Below, one piece after another: positions 38,807 to 52,400 of a DNA stretch of 64,000 nt. The DNA is from Chrysomallon squamiferum. Lineage: Eukaryota > Animalia > Mollusca. The position numbers were made by a program, and so were the translations under genes. The stretch lies in assembly GCA_012295275.1 (NCBI GenBank), contig CM022679.1:6696001-6760000 (forward strand), written 5' to 3'. Each line of letters opens with the position of its first letter. The first letter of the stretch is position 1. The notes beneath the pieces are model-generated. The model made no database searches, had not been told where the DNA came from, and worked only from the letters and a program-made list of their open reading frames with translations.

Positions 38807-41800
38807 GATGTATGTGAAGATAAGATGTAGATAAATAGATTACTGAAATGAAAAAGAATTCATACTGCACAAAATGTATGATAACATATTTTGTATTCTC
38901 AGTCTTATTTATTTCTATCTTAACAAAGTAGAATTTGTAGTATAATAAGTAATCACTTGTTATAATATGTAACTATTTCATCATCAAATTATAGATATAG
39001 AATGCATTTATCAGTATTCAAACTCCATTTTAAATATACCAAAAACAGTTCTATATGGATCTGATTTTCATTATTTAGCAAGAAATCCAATATTTGTAAA
39101 AATTTAATTTTACACAATACTTATCCTGGTTATAAAAGATTATGATACTAAATATATAATTAAATTATTACTATGTTGGGTTGTTATTTCATTTTATTTA
39201 ATTTGGTGTTTTAGTTCTAATTAAAAAATCCAAAGTCTTCTTAAATTTATGATTACTGTATTTTGTGTTATAAAATGTTTCCATATATCTTTTGTGTTTG
39301 GTATAAAGATAGTGTTAACAAACATATACTAAATATTTTGTAACTTAAAAATGAAAATGATGAAACTTTTTTTAACAATTAGTCCTTCAATTGTTTTGAA
39401 ATAGGTAATAACCGTATTGGAGCTGATCCTGGTAATCCACAGGAAACATTTTGGAGCAATGGAGATAAAACAACTGTATTTGCTGGTTTCTGGAAGAACT
39501 TTCAACCAGACAGTAGCAAGAAACAAGAGTGTGTGTACATTGAAAAACAGGGTGTCACTTATAAGTGGTCATTTACACAGTGTGAAACCAAACTCAGTTA
39601 TCTCTGTCAAAGACATGCTTGTCCTGAAGGTACTTTGTCACTGAACATCTGCTATCTTTTTATATATTGTAATAATTTTATATAAAATAGTAACTTTAAA
39701 ATGTGGAAAGCAGTAGTTATAACTCAATACCTATTATATTTTTTGTTATAGTATGTCCACTAAATTGTCCTTAAATGTCTTTTGTACTTACTTTTTACTG
39801 ACTGTAAAATTTATCAAAATGAAGACAAATTATTTACACTTAAATAATTATTTGAAACTTGAATAGATATTTTGTAAATTCTGTATTATTGATTTAAATC
39901 ACGAAAATGTTCATACTGTAGGAAGTTTCCACTGTTCAAATACTCGCTGCATTAATAATAACTTGACATGTGACGGAGAGGATGACTGCGGAGATTCATC
40001 AGATGAACTTGACTGTCGTAAGTTTGTTTTCACTTCTTTTTTAATAACATCTTAGATAATGGTATTTCAAAATTTCATTTATGTTTATCTAAAATTTTAT
40101 ATGATTTTCACTCTTATAAACAACATATTAATTCTTTGTGTGTGAGTGTGACTGAGGGAATCAATTTGAAAGACTTATTGTTATTATTATAATGTTATTT
40201 GTTTACTGTAAAATTATTTAACTTTATGTATTATTTAGCTTCTAAATGTTCCTATGTGATAAAACAAGACACTGGCAGATTTGTTTCACCAAACTATCCC
40301 AACAATTACTCTGATTCAGTCAACTGTTTGTGGGTGATTGAAGTGCAGACTGGATCAAATGTTGTTTTGCAGGTTAGTAAACAGCTTTTCTTATTACTAA
40401 TGCTAATTAAATTCTTCTGAAAATCATACTGATCACATTCAGACATACAGAGTTAAAATTACATATGTTCAAATGAAATAGATACCATAATTTATTGTTT
40501 AAAAAAGTTCAGTAATATATTAATTATATATATATATATAAACACACAAAAAGAAAAAGCCAATAAAAATAAATAGATAAATCCACCAATATCAAACAAG
40601 TAATAGGCCATCTTCAAAAAGATAATACTGATTTGAAAATCCCATATATGTTTAAAAATATACAAAAAACAAATTAGGTCTGGAGCACAAAATGACTGAG
40701 GAACTAACTCGTTTTGTCACACTGACACACACAGAAAAAATCTTTGATTAATACTAATTATGATGTAATTAGCTGTTAGCTGAAATACAGGACATAAAGC
40801 TAAATGAAATCCTTGGTTATTAACAATTTATGATAAGGGGAAAATATTATTGTAAAAAATGTATTTAAAAAGAAATAAATCTGTATTGTTAGATTATATC
40901 TACTAAAGTTAAGAGATTATATTTTATTTATGCTTTGGTTTTGAAACAATTACTGAAATGCCAATCATTTTACATGGCTTTTTACCTACTGTGTTATTAA
41001 ATTGTATAAATTTCCTTTAAAAAAATGAATGAATTATTTGTAACACAGTGAGAAAATGCATTAAATATATGTGCCAGTTAAAATATATAAAATGTTATGT
41101 AAGAGAGAACAAGAAAAGAGTTTTGTGGACATTAGTTCTTTATTTTGTTTAAACATCTCAGTTCAGTAACATTGTTAATTATTGAAATAGATTTCCAGTT
41201 ATATGTTTTATCAGACATAATAATTGTCTTATTTCAGCTTTCCTTTTTCCATTTAAAAACAAATAAAGTATTAATTAAGATACTAACAAAATGTCATATC
41301 TTACTTAGTTAAAGTGTAATGAAATCTTTGTTTATTCACAGTTTAACAGTTTTGTCACAGAACAAAATGGTGACATTGTTGAAATTCTTGTTGGTGGCCA
41401 AACTGAATCCATGTCTCTTCTTGTCAAGAGACTATCGGGTAATCAGAATGGAAAAAATCTAAAATTTGTTAGTTCCAACAACTTCATGATTGTCAAGTTC
41501 ACGTCTGATGCCTCAGTTGGAGCAGCAGGTTTTAATGCATCATTTTCTTCCAGTAAGTAGAAATACTCAAAAAACACAAAGTAGGTTATTCTAATATTTA
41601 ACATTTTTATTTTATTTGTTTTGATTATTATTAGAAACATTTAATAAGAAATTGTAGAATGTAGTGTACAACACAAATTTGAATGAGTATTTTAACAGAA
41701 ATAGTTACAAAAAAACAAAAAAAAAAATATATCCATCTTTTTAGTATGTTAATTTCAATATTTTCCTGTATTTCTCAGCTGAAAATTGAGATGATTTTTT

Positions 41801-43432
41801 TGAATTCTCTACAGTTATGTTAAAAAAAAGGTTCTATGTAAATTCTTAAAACAAATCTTTATAAATTGTAAAACTCAGTCAACTCACTGAAACATGTTGA
41901 TAATTACAGGAAAGGCAAACTTTCCAGACTACAAACAACTTACAGCTAGAGAAGCACCACAGGAGATGACCTCACCATTTTATGACCAAGGCTGGAATTA
42001 TGTTGGCAGTCAGGACTATACCTGGATCATCACAGCTGAAAAGAAAACAAAGATTATAACTCTTGAGGTGAAAGAAAATTTATCTTTAAAATGCAGTAAA
42101 TACACTTACAGAACCTGACTGTGAATGTTGTCAGGCTTACTCTGCTGACCCTGCTTTGAGAAAATATTGAATTTTAAGTGTTTCATGCTGATGTTTTCAG
42201 ATCATTTCTTACCTTCATTCATTTTCTCGCTTTCGATCATCTTCAGTTTTGAAATTAGCATAGTATAACTATTTTTCTTGTTTTGATTTCAGTAACAAAT
42301 CTCTCATCTTGATTACTCGATGCTGATGATAAAATGTCTTGGAAAGAATCATTGAGCTAGAAATATTTTGTGTATTTTCCAGGTTATTGAAGTGGATCTA
42401 AAAAACAATGATGTTGTGCTTGTTCGTGATGGGGACACAGTGGTTGATAAACTGTTAGTAACTTTCAACAGTGACACAACAAATACACCATATATTTTTT
42501 CAACAAGGAACAAGATGTACATCACTATGCAAACTTGTAGTTACTGGACAGGAAAGGGCTTCAAATTCAATTATTTTCAAGGTATTTCATTTATTTCTGT
42601 GCAGTTGAAACGATTTTTCAGTATCTTTGATAGTTTGTTCTTCTTTAGGGTAAACAGGTCATATCACTAGATTAAAAATGATTTTAAAAATGATTTTTTC
42701 TTCAGATATTTCTACCATTAAAAGTTTGAGGAGATAGATATATACACTTTACATACAAAGAGAGAGGGAGAGAGTGAATGCCTCTGTTAAAAGTGATTTC
42801 TATTTTTAATTTCTTTATGTGAAATAACAATTATTTTCTATGAAAAGAAATTTAAAATTATTTTTCTCTGTATTTAGGATGTACTGCTACTCTTACTAAA
42901 GATTATGGAAATATCTTCTCTCCTGGATATGGCATTGCCAATTATGCAGATAATCAAAATGTACATGGAATATCAGCAGTGGAAAAGACTTGACATTCCT
43001 TGTTGAGGAATTTGACACCCAGGAAAATATGGATGTTCTTGAGGTAACTGATTATGATATCTGGAGAAAAAAGCTTCATTTGTCAGATTCAAAATAATAC
43101 AAGTATTCATATAATTTGTAAAGTCATTAAAATTTTACTCCCATGATTTTATAATTTATTTATTTACATCAAGTTAAGTAAATAACTACTACGTTTTTTG
43201 GTGGGGTTGACTGAAAAGATTAATGAAATGAATAAAAAATAAAACATGGCAGTGAAAGACTTTTTATTAAAATAAATAAATTAACAAGAATTCTCTGTAC
43301 TTGATTATATTAACACAAAAATTAAGTAAGATGTTTATTATAAACTTTCATCATGTTAAAATTTATCATCAGGAGTCTTCTTTGAATATGGTTTGTGTAT
43401 GTCTGTCTGTGTGTGTCTTCTCTATCCCTGTG

Positions 43433-43468
<36 letters not shown>

Positions 43469-46400
43469 GTGAATTAAGTCCATATACAGATAGTTAATGT
43501 TAAGTTAGACAAATAAATGTTTGGAAAAACATCAGTTTATTTTATTTCAGTCCTGGATTATAACAGTATTTGTTATTGAATGTCATTGTTTTATGAAAGT
43601 GTTATAGAGAATTTTAGAAATACAGTTTTAGCCTAAATTAACTGATTATAGATGCTGTCAAAAATATCTCTTTGTATGTTATATTTCTTAGTAGATAATA
43701 AATTATGGTATGTTGACTAGATGATATCAAGTTCTTTTACTTTCTCAAAATTTATAACCATTTATATCATAATGTTAACATAAGTACTGAATATTACATT
43801 TGGCAAGAAATCTATTAAATAAGAAAATGCACTTAAAATGTATGGATACTTTTTTATTAAATCTACAGGTAGCACATTTATTTTTATATTTTAGATTTTT
43901 TTCACTGCTCGGACACCTGGTGCCTCAAGAATAAAACTAGAAACTTTGTCTGGCAAAGACAGAAATTTTTAAGTCCTGTCAGAAAAAATGGCATCTTTGT
44001 CTTTGAATTTAAAACAGATGCTATTATTTCTAATAAAGGATTTTCTATCAAATATTCTAAAGGTAAATAAAGTTATTTTTGAAATGTTTTCATATTAATA
44101 AGTTTACATACATTTTTAAGCCACTTACATATAAAATGACTTTTTAAATCTTTGAAAATAGTTTTTCTTCTCACATATTGAAAATGTTAACTATTTTGAA
44201 TATTATTGAATAATCCTAATTACTTTTTATAATTTTTCAAATTTATTTTATGTTTATGTTTGTGTATATGTGTGTTTGTGTGAGCATATGCATATGCATA
44301 CGGTTACATATGTATCTGTTTATGTCTTAACTCAGTTGAGAAAGGGAGAAACAGGGAGGAATTGATTGTTAGATTTGGTAACTAAAATCATAAGCATAAC
44401 TTATCGAAGTCATGATTACATGAATGAATAAGTATAGTGAAAAGAATAAGCATTTTAACAATCTTTATAATTTTGTTATTTAATAGAAGTTTTTTGTTTT
44501 TTAAAGATTGCAAAAATCCAAATTTCAACAGTAAAACCATCCTGAATCCAGCTAATGCTAACTGGTGGTATGGTTCTAAATTTCAAGTTAGCTGTAAAGA
44601 AGGATATCAGTTTACTTCAAAAGAGTTCCAGGATTCATCAGTCAAAGATAGATTTGTCAGTCTGTCTGTTGTTGAGATGGAGTGTTTGTATGGTGGAGAG
44701 TGGAACACTCGCACTGTACCCAATTGTGAACGTAAGTTTTTATTGTATAAAATAAAATACTCTGTACATGAGAAAAATAATCACAAATTGGTTGGTGTAT
44801 TTAAGTCACATTATTCCACGTAATTACAAGTCTTTGTAAAACATTTACCAACATTTATTTTACACAGTTATCAAAATTATAGTCTTGGTTGAAACCATGA
44901 AGAGTTTTTTATATCATTTGATTTTGTAGATTGATTTTGATTTTAATCATAATAATCTGATCAGTAATAAAATTATTCATCTGGGAAGGTGTACTTTTCT
45001 ACTGTATATTATTATTATGAAAAAAATTAAAAGTAAACATATATTATTTAAACTTGTGCTGTAGACATTTAAATACAATCAAACTGTAGCTGTGTAACAA
45101 TGACAGGTGCAACATATTTGACACTCTTAGTAATTGTAAGATTCATGTTTTTTACTGACATGACCCTGAAATAATGTGAAAGTTGCAAATATTAAAGATT
45201 AAATTTTAATTCTAATTTTAATATTTGCATTTAAAGATTAAGAAATTTAATGAAGAGAATTTCTATCATGTCAATATATTTTTACCTGTTTCATGCCGTA
45301 TTATAGAAAGTAATTATTTTAACAGAATGACAAAGCATCATTATCACTGAGGTAGTTTTGGTATATTAAAAAAATTAAAAGACCCTTTGACAATGTTTTT
45401 AGCTGTGTTCTGTGGAAAAGCTCCCCCTGTAGAACACGCCTACATTGTCACCTCTTACCCAAAGGGAGCACAAAGTAGTGTTTATGGAGGAGTTGTTTCC
45501 TACAGCTGTTATCCTGGTTTTACCATGACTGGCAGTGCTAACATTACATGTCTAGCAAATGGAACATTCGAATCTCAACCAACATGCAGTGGTAAGTTTA
45601 ATCTAAATGTTAACAGAATCTTTAATTTACATAAATCCTGTATCTTATATTTTATTATTTTCTTTAATCTTTTGTGATCATTAGAATATTTATTTTGACC
45701 CTCTGTTGATTTGAATTTGAACAGATTATTAATACTTAATATTTTCATTTGTGTTTCTTATTTCTTTTTAAAACAATGTCATTGACAACAGTTTCAAAAT
45801 ATAGAAAGAAATCAGCATTCCTTAAGGCTTACAAAATCAAGGCCAGTCATTTCATAGATGAAATACAGGTAGCATGAAAACAAACTGCTATGTGGTCTGA
45901 ATTCACATTTTGTGCTGGTATTGCCACTGGTACTGATATAGTGCAGAGTTTTGTTTGATATCAATAGATTGAGAATGTAACAAATGTTTTGATGTGACTT
46001 GTGTTGTGTCAGAGTCAGGTATATGGAATTTCATGTTTAGGTTAAATTATATGAAAATAAACCAGCAAAACATGACAACTGACATACTTCAGGTTTTGTC
46101 ATCTTTAGCAATTAATTTCCTTAGAATGTATTTGTTTGTACATGGAAGATCATTATTTTTTCTGACTTTTTTCCTTAGGTCCAGGCACCTATTAAAGGAA
46201 TTAATTTAATATCTTATGTAAAAGTAAATTCTAATTATGAAGCCTTTCACTGATTTTTTTTTTAGTTGCATCCTGCCCATCATTACCTTCAACAGTACAG
46301 AATGGATACAAAAATATCACTGAAGGTGATGGTACTGCCTTTGGTTCCATTGTCAGATACTTTTGTAATGCAGGCTACCATGTGATAGGAATGGCCATTT

Positions 46401-49400
46401 TGTTTTGTGAGACTTCCAGCTCATGGTCTGCACCTCCACCAACCTGCAACAGTAAGTTTACCTGTTGTTTTAATAATGAACATAGTGAAAATCTTATTGA
46501 ACCATATTTTCTGTTTTCTTTCATCATCTTTCATCATCTTCTTTTTAATCAGAATATTCAAGTAAACTAATCTACATTATTGCAAATATTTTTTTTTTTT
46601 TTTTAATTTCTTATTTTAATCAAGTAAAAAACATTTTGGAATGTGTCCCAAACAAATAATTACATTTTAATCAAGTCACTGACAAGATATTGCTATGATA
46701 ATATGAATATATAATAAACTGTGAAGATTATCAAACATATCTAAGTTCCTTACAGTTTGTCATAACAATAATTGTAATAGATCCTGAATAAGAATTGGAA
46801 TAAAAGTTTGCTAAAATTTATCTGACATTATGATTTTTTTTTTTTCAGAAACAACTTGCACTCTTCCATCTATTAAAAATGGCTTCCTGGAAAATAATGA
46901 TATTGTTTACTATGAAGGTAAAACAACAGTTAAATGCAAACCTGGATATGAATTTTCACCTGGTGTCACCTCTCAGTCTCTGACCTGTCAGAGTAATCAA
47001 ACATTCACTCCATCTGTTGACAGCATTTCATGTAAAGGTAAATATGGTTTTGCATTTATCTTTTTATTTCATATGGGAGAAAAATTAAAAAACAAATACA
47101 TTGTCTGCATAATAAAGTAATACAAAATGAATTATTTATTTTATAAATATTTATCTGACAAATATTTCCTAAACATTCATGACTAACAGCTCAAATACAC
47201 TACATAAAGATGAATAAAACCTATGCCATTCTTGTTAAAAAATTTCTTATTTCTGTAATTATAAATGAATATTGTTTTGTAACAAGTGATATTGTTATTT
47301 TGAATCAGCTGAGTAATTAATGTTCTTGAGAAGTTCATTTCTTAAAGTGAACACTTAACTAAAACTCAATCACAAAAGTTCATCAATATTTCATTTTGTG
47401 AAAAATGTGTTGGTATAACAAAGTGAATTGCAAGTTATTTGTTTTTCTAGTACAAAACTTGTTTAAAAGTGGAATGATTTTATTATGTTGCTCCATATAT
47501 CAGTGAAAGCTTCTTTTTACATTATGAGTGAAAAAAGTTTATTTGTTTAATTATCAGAATAATTTATTTCCAGACATAGATGAATGTCCAGGTGATTGTA
47601 AACACAACTGTACAAATACAGATGGATCCTATTTTTGTTCCTGCAGGGATGGATACACTCTCAATCCAGACAACAAAACATGTGATGGTGATTATTTTTC
47701 TTTCATCTTTGTGTCTTCATCACAACACAGAGAAAAAGAACAGTTTAATAATTAGTTTTCTTTGGAAATAAATTCAGGAACAAACATTTTATTTTTGATG
47801 CTCATTCAATAGTCATCATTAAAAACAAATAATCATCACTCACATATCTCTAACATGAAATAATTGCTGCATATTTTCATACACACAAATTATCAAAAAC
47901 TCCAGCTTATTATCAGAATGTTTTTATTTTTTTTTTTTTATTTATTTTTTTTTTTATTAACATGTTATCTTAATACAATTAAATTACCAAATTTTACAGA
48001 GCAGAAGTTGCTTCCAACAGTATTAAATTTCTAGACTGCTTTCGGATTTAAAATAAAAAATCAATCAGTTGTTTTTTTTCTTTTTCTTTGTCTGTGTGTG
48101 TGTGTATTATAATTTTATAACTGATCAGTTGATATTTCTATAATTTTTATTTGAAATATTTAAAACATTATCTTGAATTCTATATCATTTTATCTTGATT
48201 GAATAGTTCAGTGGAGATTTCAGATATTTAATATTATTTATTTAGATTTAGAAACTTCAAAATAAAATATTAATATGCAATCTTTTACTATTAAAAATAA
48301 TCAGATGTCAAGACTGTTTATAAAGTTTAATATTTGTATCATAACATTCAGTTTTTTTTTCTTGTTTTGACAGATATTAATGAATGTGCTGTACAAAATG
48401 GTGGATGCAGCCAGATATGTAAAAATAAAGATGGAGGATATGAATGTTCTTGTTCAGCAGGATTCAGTCTTTTCACTGACAATGGCACAGAAAAGTATTA
48501 CATTCCATCCTCAGAAACTGGAATTCTTGCTGGAGATTTTTTTTACATTAATCATACTTGTGTTCGTAAGTATACATCACACACACACACACACACACAC
48601 ACATTAACATAATCACACAAACACACTAACATGCACATTCACAAACTCTCTCATACATATATACATTGCATCACATTATTTCCAAATTTATTTTATTTTA
48701 GCATAATTATTTGTAAATAAAAAACAAATCTTATTATTCTGAATAATTTAAAATTTGATTTTTTTTCATTAAAATAAAATCTTGATTTTAGGTAAATTAT
48801 GTCCACCTGTTCCAAATATTACCAATGGATATGCACTGTCAAAAAGACAGCAAAACAGATATGGTGACTTTGTTCAATTTGCCTGTAATATTGGTTACAT
48901 ATTGGAAGGCAATTCACCAATATCCTGTACAGACAGTGGTTCCTGGAGTTATAAATCTGGTTCTGAACCAAAATGTAAAGGTAAAGATTTTCATTAAATA
49001 ATATTAAAACAAATTAATATTTCAATTTTCTAATTGCTTTATTGTTATTATTATTTGTTAAAATTATTAGTTGTTGAAACAATCATCATCATCATTATTA
49101 TTATGTTGTAATGTTGTTTATAAGAAGTGTATTTCAGGCTGAGTGGGTGTGGTCATACATCTGCCTGGTTTCTTCTTTCTGTTAATCACATTTAACACTT
49201 GTTTTTTCTTCAGGTCTGAAATTGTTTGATTAGTTTATCTGAGTTTAGCCAGACATGGTTATAGTGTTTCATCTTTCTCTACATCAGTTTCTGCTTTCCA
49301 GATTGTTTTCTATATTCCTATTTTAACTTTTTATATTTCTTCAAATGCATGGATTTTATTTTAATTGTAATATTTAGTATTATTTTTACATTATTTATTT

Positions 49401-52400
49401 CTAACTTTAAATCATTAACAAAAAAATTTTGGACAGCTCAAAACAAAATTTCTTTTCCCTACATAACTAAATTTAACTCAAATATTTATCTGTAATATTA
49501 TGTTTATTTTAAAAAATCTAAAGTGCTATCATCAAAATTAGGATCAATTACACATTTTTTATTTAATTATTTTTGTCATTTTTTAAATTTATAATACAAC
49601 TTTGATTTGTTCTCTACATAGTAATTTTATTAATTATTTTATTTTCTCTTTTTATAAGTAGTATAATGTTAGTGTCCTGATTTTTTTTTTAATAATAATG
49701 TATGTAGTGTTTTTGTTCATTAATATCTTTTTAAGTCATGTATTCTTTTCATTTTGACTAATTGGCATATTTTCAGTCTGTCTAGCTCTGCAGTTTCTGT
49801 TTTATTAAATAGTATCATTGTTATCATCATAATATGTCAGGTTTTTCATGATTGTTTTTAAAATTATGCTCCAATAGTTTTTAATACTTCAATTTGATAT
49901 TAAAATTTTCTGTTTCATATTTTTATACTTTTCTTTTATTACACTGGAATAACAGAAAAATAAAATAGTTTATTGTGACCATGTGTTTTGAATCAAATAT
50001 AAAATTTTATTTCAACCGACTGATTTTTATTTCTTAACATAGTTAAATTCAAATTTGAAAAAAATTAATTCTTGACATATCTTACCATTGAAAATACTAC
50101 TACTACTACTAATAAAACAGGGCCTCAAAGATATTTTATTCAATATAAGTAAAAGTATGCAAAATAATCACATAATATTGTTTTATGTAAATTAAGCAGT
50201 TTATTTGTTTTTTTATAATGAACTTTGATGTTAATTTTCAAATTTAATTTTTTTATCTCTTGTTTTATAGCTGCAACATGTCCAGTTGAAACATTACCTC
50301 AAGGGTTAAAAACACCAGCTACTGTTAACCCTAAGACACCTGTGAACTACCTCAGCAATGTGACCCTGCAGTGCAATGTTCCTGGTAAAACTCCATTTGA
50401 GAGAATACGCAGATGTCTTTATTCACAACCAGATAACCAATACCGTCTGGATGGAGCACCCTATGAATGTGGAGGTATTAAAAATATGTTTCTTTACTTA
50501 AAATTATAGTCAACTTTTATTTGCAGCTTTTTCAAAACAAAGTTTCTTATTTTTATAATAAACAGTTCATACTGAAATGTCTTACTGAAAACAAAATACA
50601 TATTCACTTCATGCAAAAATGTGAGTAGATATTCTTTATCAAAAGTTAACTCTTTGGTAATCATTTTTTATAGATCATGCTAATGCCACAAGAATACCAA
50701 AATTTACTTCTATTTTGTATCTTTATCTATACACATATCTTTTGTATTTTATTTATTATACATTGTTAGTACTTAATAAATTTATCTTTTTGGACACATT
50801 GCTAAATTACTTTTTAGATGCTTAATTATTTCTAATAATAAAAAGATACTACAGCATTTTGAACAATACCTGCCATAGTAATATTTTATTGTTCCTGAAA
50901 TGCACTGCACACTGATATGTCTCAGACAGAAGGCAAGATTGTGATGACATTAATTAAACATTATACTGAGAGCTATTTCATAAACAAATATTTAACTCTT
51001 GTACTTGAAATTCTGACTGTTGCACTTGAAAGATTGGATGCTCACTTAGATATCAGCTAAAGTATACTTTAAAGGAAAAAATTAAAAAACAATAAAAATT
51101 ATTCAAAATGATCTAAGTTTAATATACACAGTGAGTTTTAAATTAATTCAGCTTATTTAAATAAGTTTTTTTTCTTCATGGTGTTGTTAGATGTTTTCCA
51201 TGTCCTATTTTTATTTACTGTGATAACATCTGGTGACATAAATTTAAAATTTTAAGATTATTTTTTATTTTTTGATAGTAATTGACTGTGGACAGCCTTC
51301 AGAAACACCGGGAGCCCAAATCCCCAATTTGTCAGTAACAACATTTAATACAACTTTCAACTTTGAGTGTAAAAACCTGTATAGAGTGAGTGGCCAGTCC
51401 CAGGATGGAAATACTGTAGTAAGATGTGGAGATGATGGATACTGGGGATTCAATACTTTGCAATGTTTAGGTATATTTATTTCTAGTTTTATCATTGTTA
51501 ACCTTAAAAGGAATTCTGAAGCATACAAGAGCCTTATATATTACAGTTGATCCATGTTCTCCTTTGTCACTGAAAGTAAAAACTGTACAATAAAAATGTT
51601 GTAATTTTATAAGTACTAAAAATATTCCATTACACTTTTTTATTTAGAGGTAGACATTTTGTGTACTTCATGCAGATCCCACCTATTATTTCCAAGCTGA
51701 AATGGTAATAATTATAATAAAATAACAAACAAACAGATAATTAAAAATATCTTAATTATTGCTTTAAAATATTTTTTTATATCTTTTGTCTCACAAAGTA
51801 CTGAATTTCACTGCTAGATGACTTTGTTAAAATATCAAGACAAACGGACTTACAACGTATTTTACAGTATCAGCTGTTTATATTTTGTGAGAATCACACA
51901 TTTAAAAAGAAATTATTGATAATATACTTTACTATGCAGTCACATTCAATTCATTCTAATTTCTAACTGTAGAGCAAACATGCACTGACCCAGGTCGACC
52001 ACCTGATGGTGACCAAGCCAATCAAACAGATCAGTACCAGAAATCAAGTGAAGTCTACTTCAACTGTTCAAGACCTGGATTTTCTCTTGTTGGTACAAAT
52101 CCTATCAAGTGTCAGATAAATAATGCAGGCAGTGGTTTGAACTGGTCTGCTCCTGTTCCAGAATGTAAAGGTCAGTTTAAATACATTTTTCTCTAGTAAT
52201 TAAATATCTCATTGATATATTAATGTTTTTATAAAATTAATAAACATTTCTATTATAATTATTACAGATACTACTATCAATGTAAACTTGAATATGAAAA
52301 TTAATTTCATATTATTATCACTAGAAAACAGTTTGACATACATGAGCTTTTGTTCAAAACAATTGTCTTTTAAAATGTTTTCATTTTATTTATTACAGAC

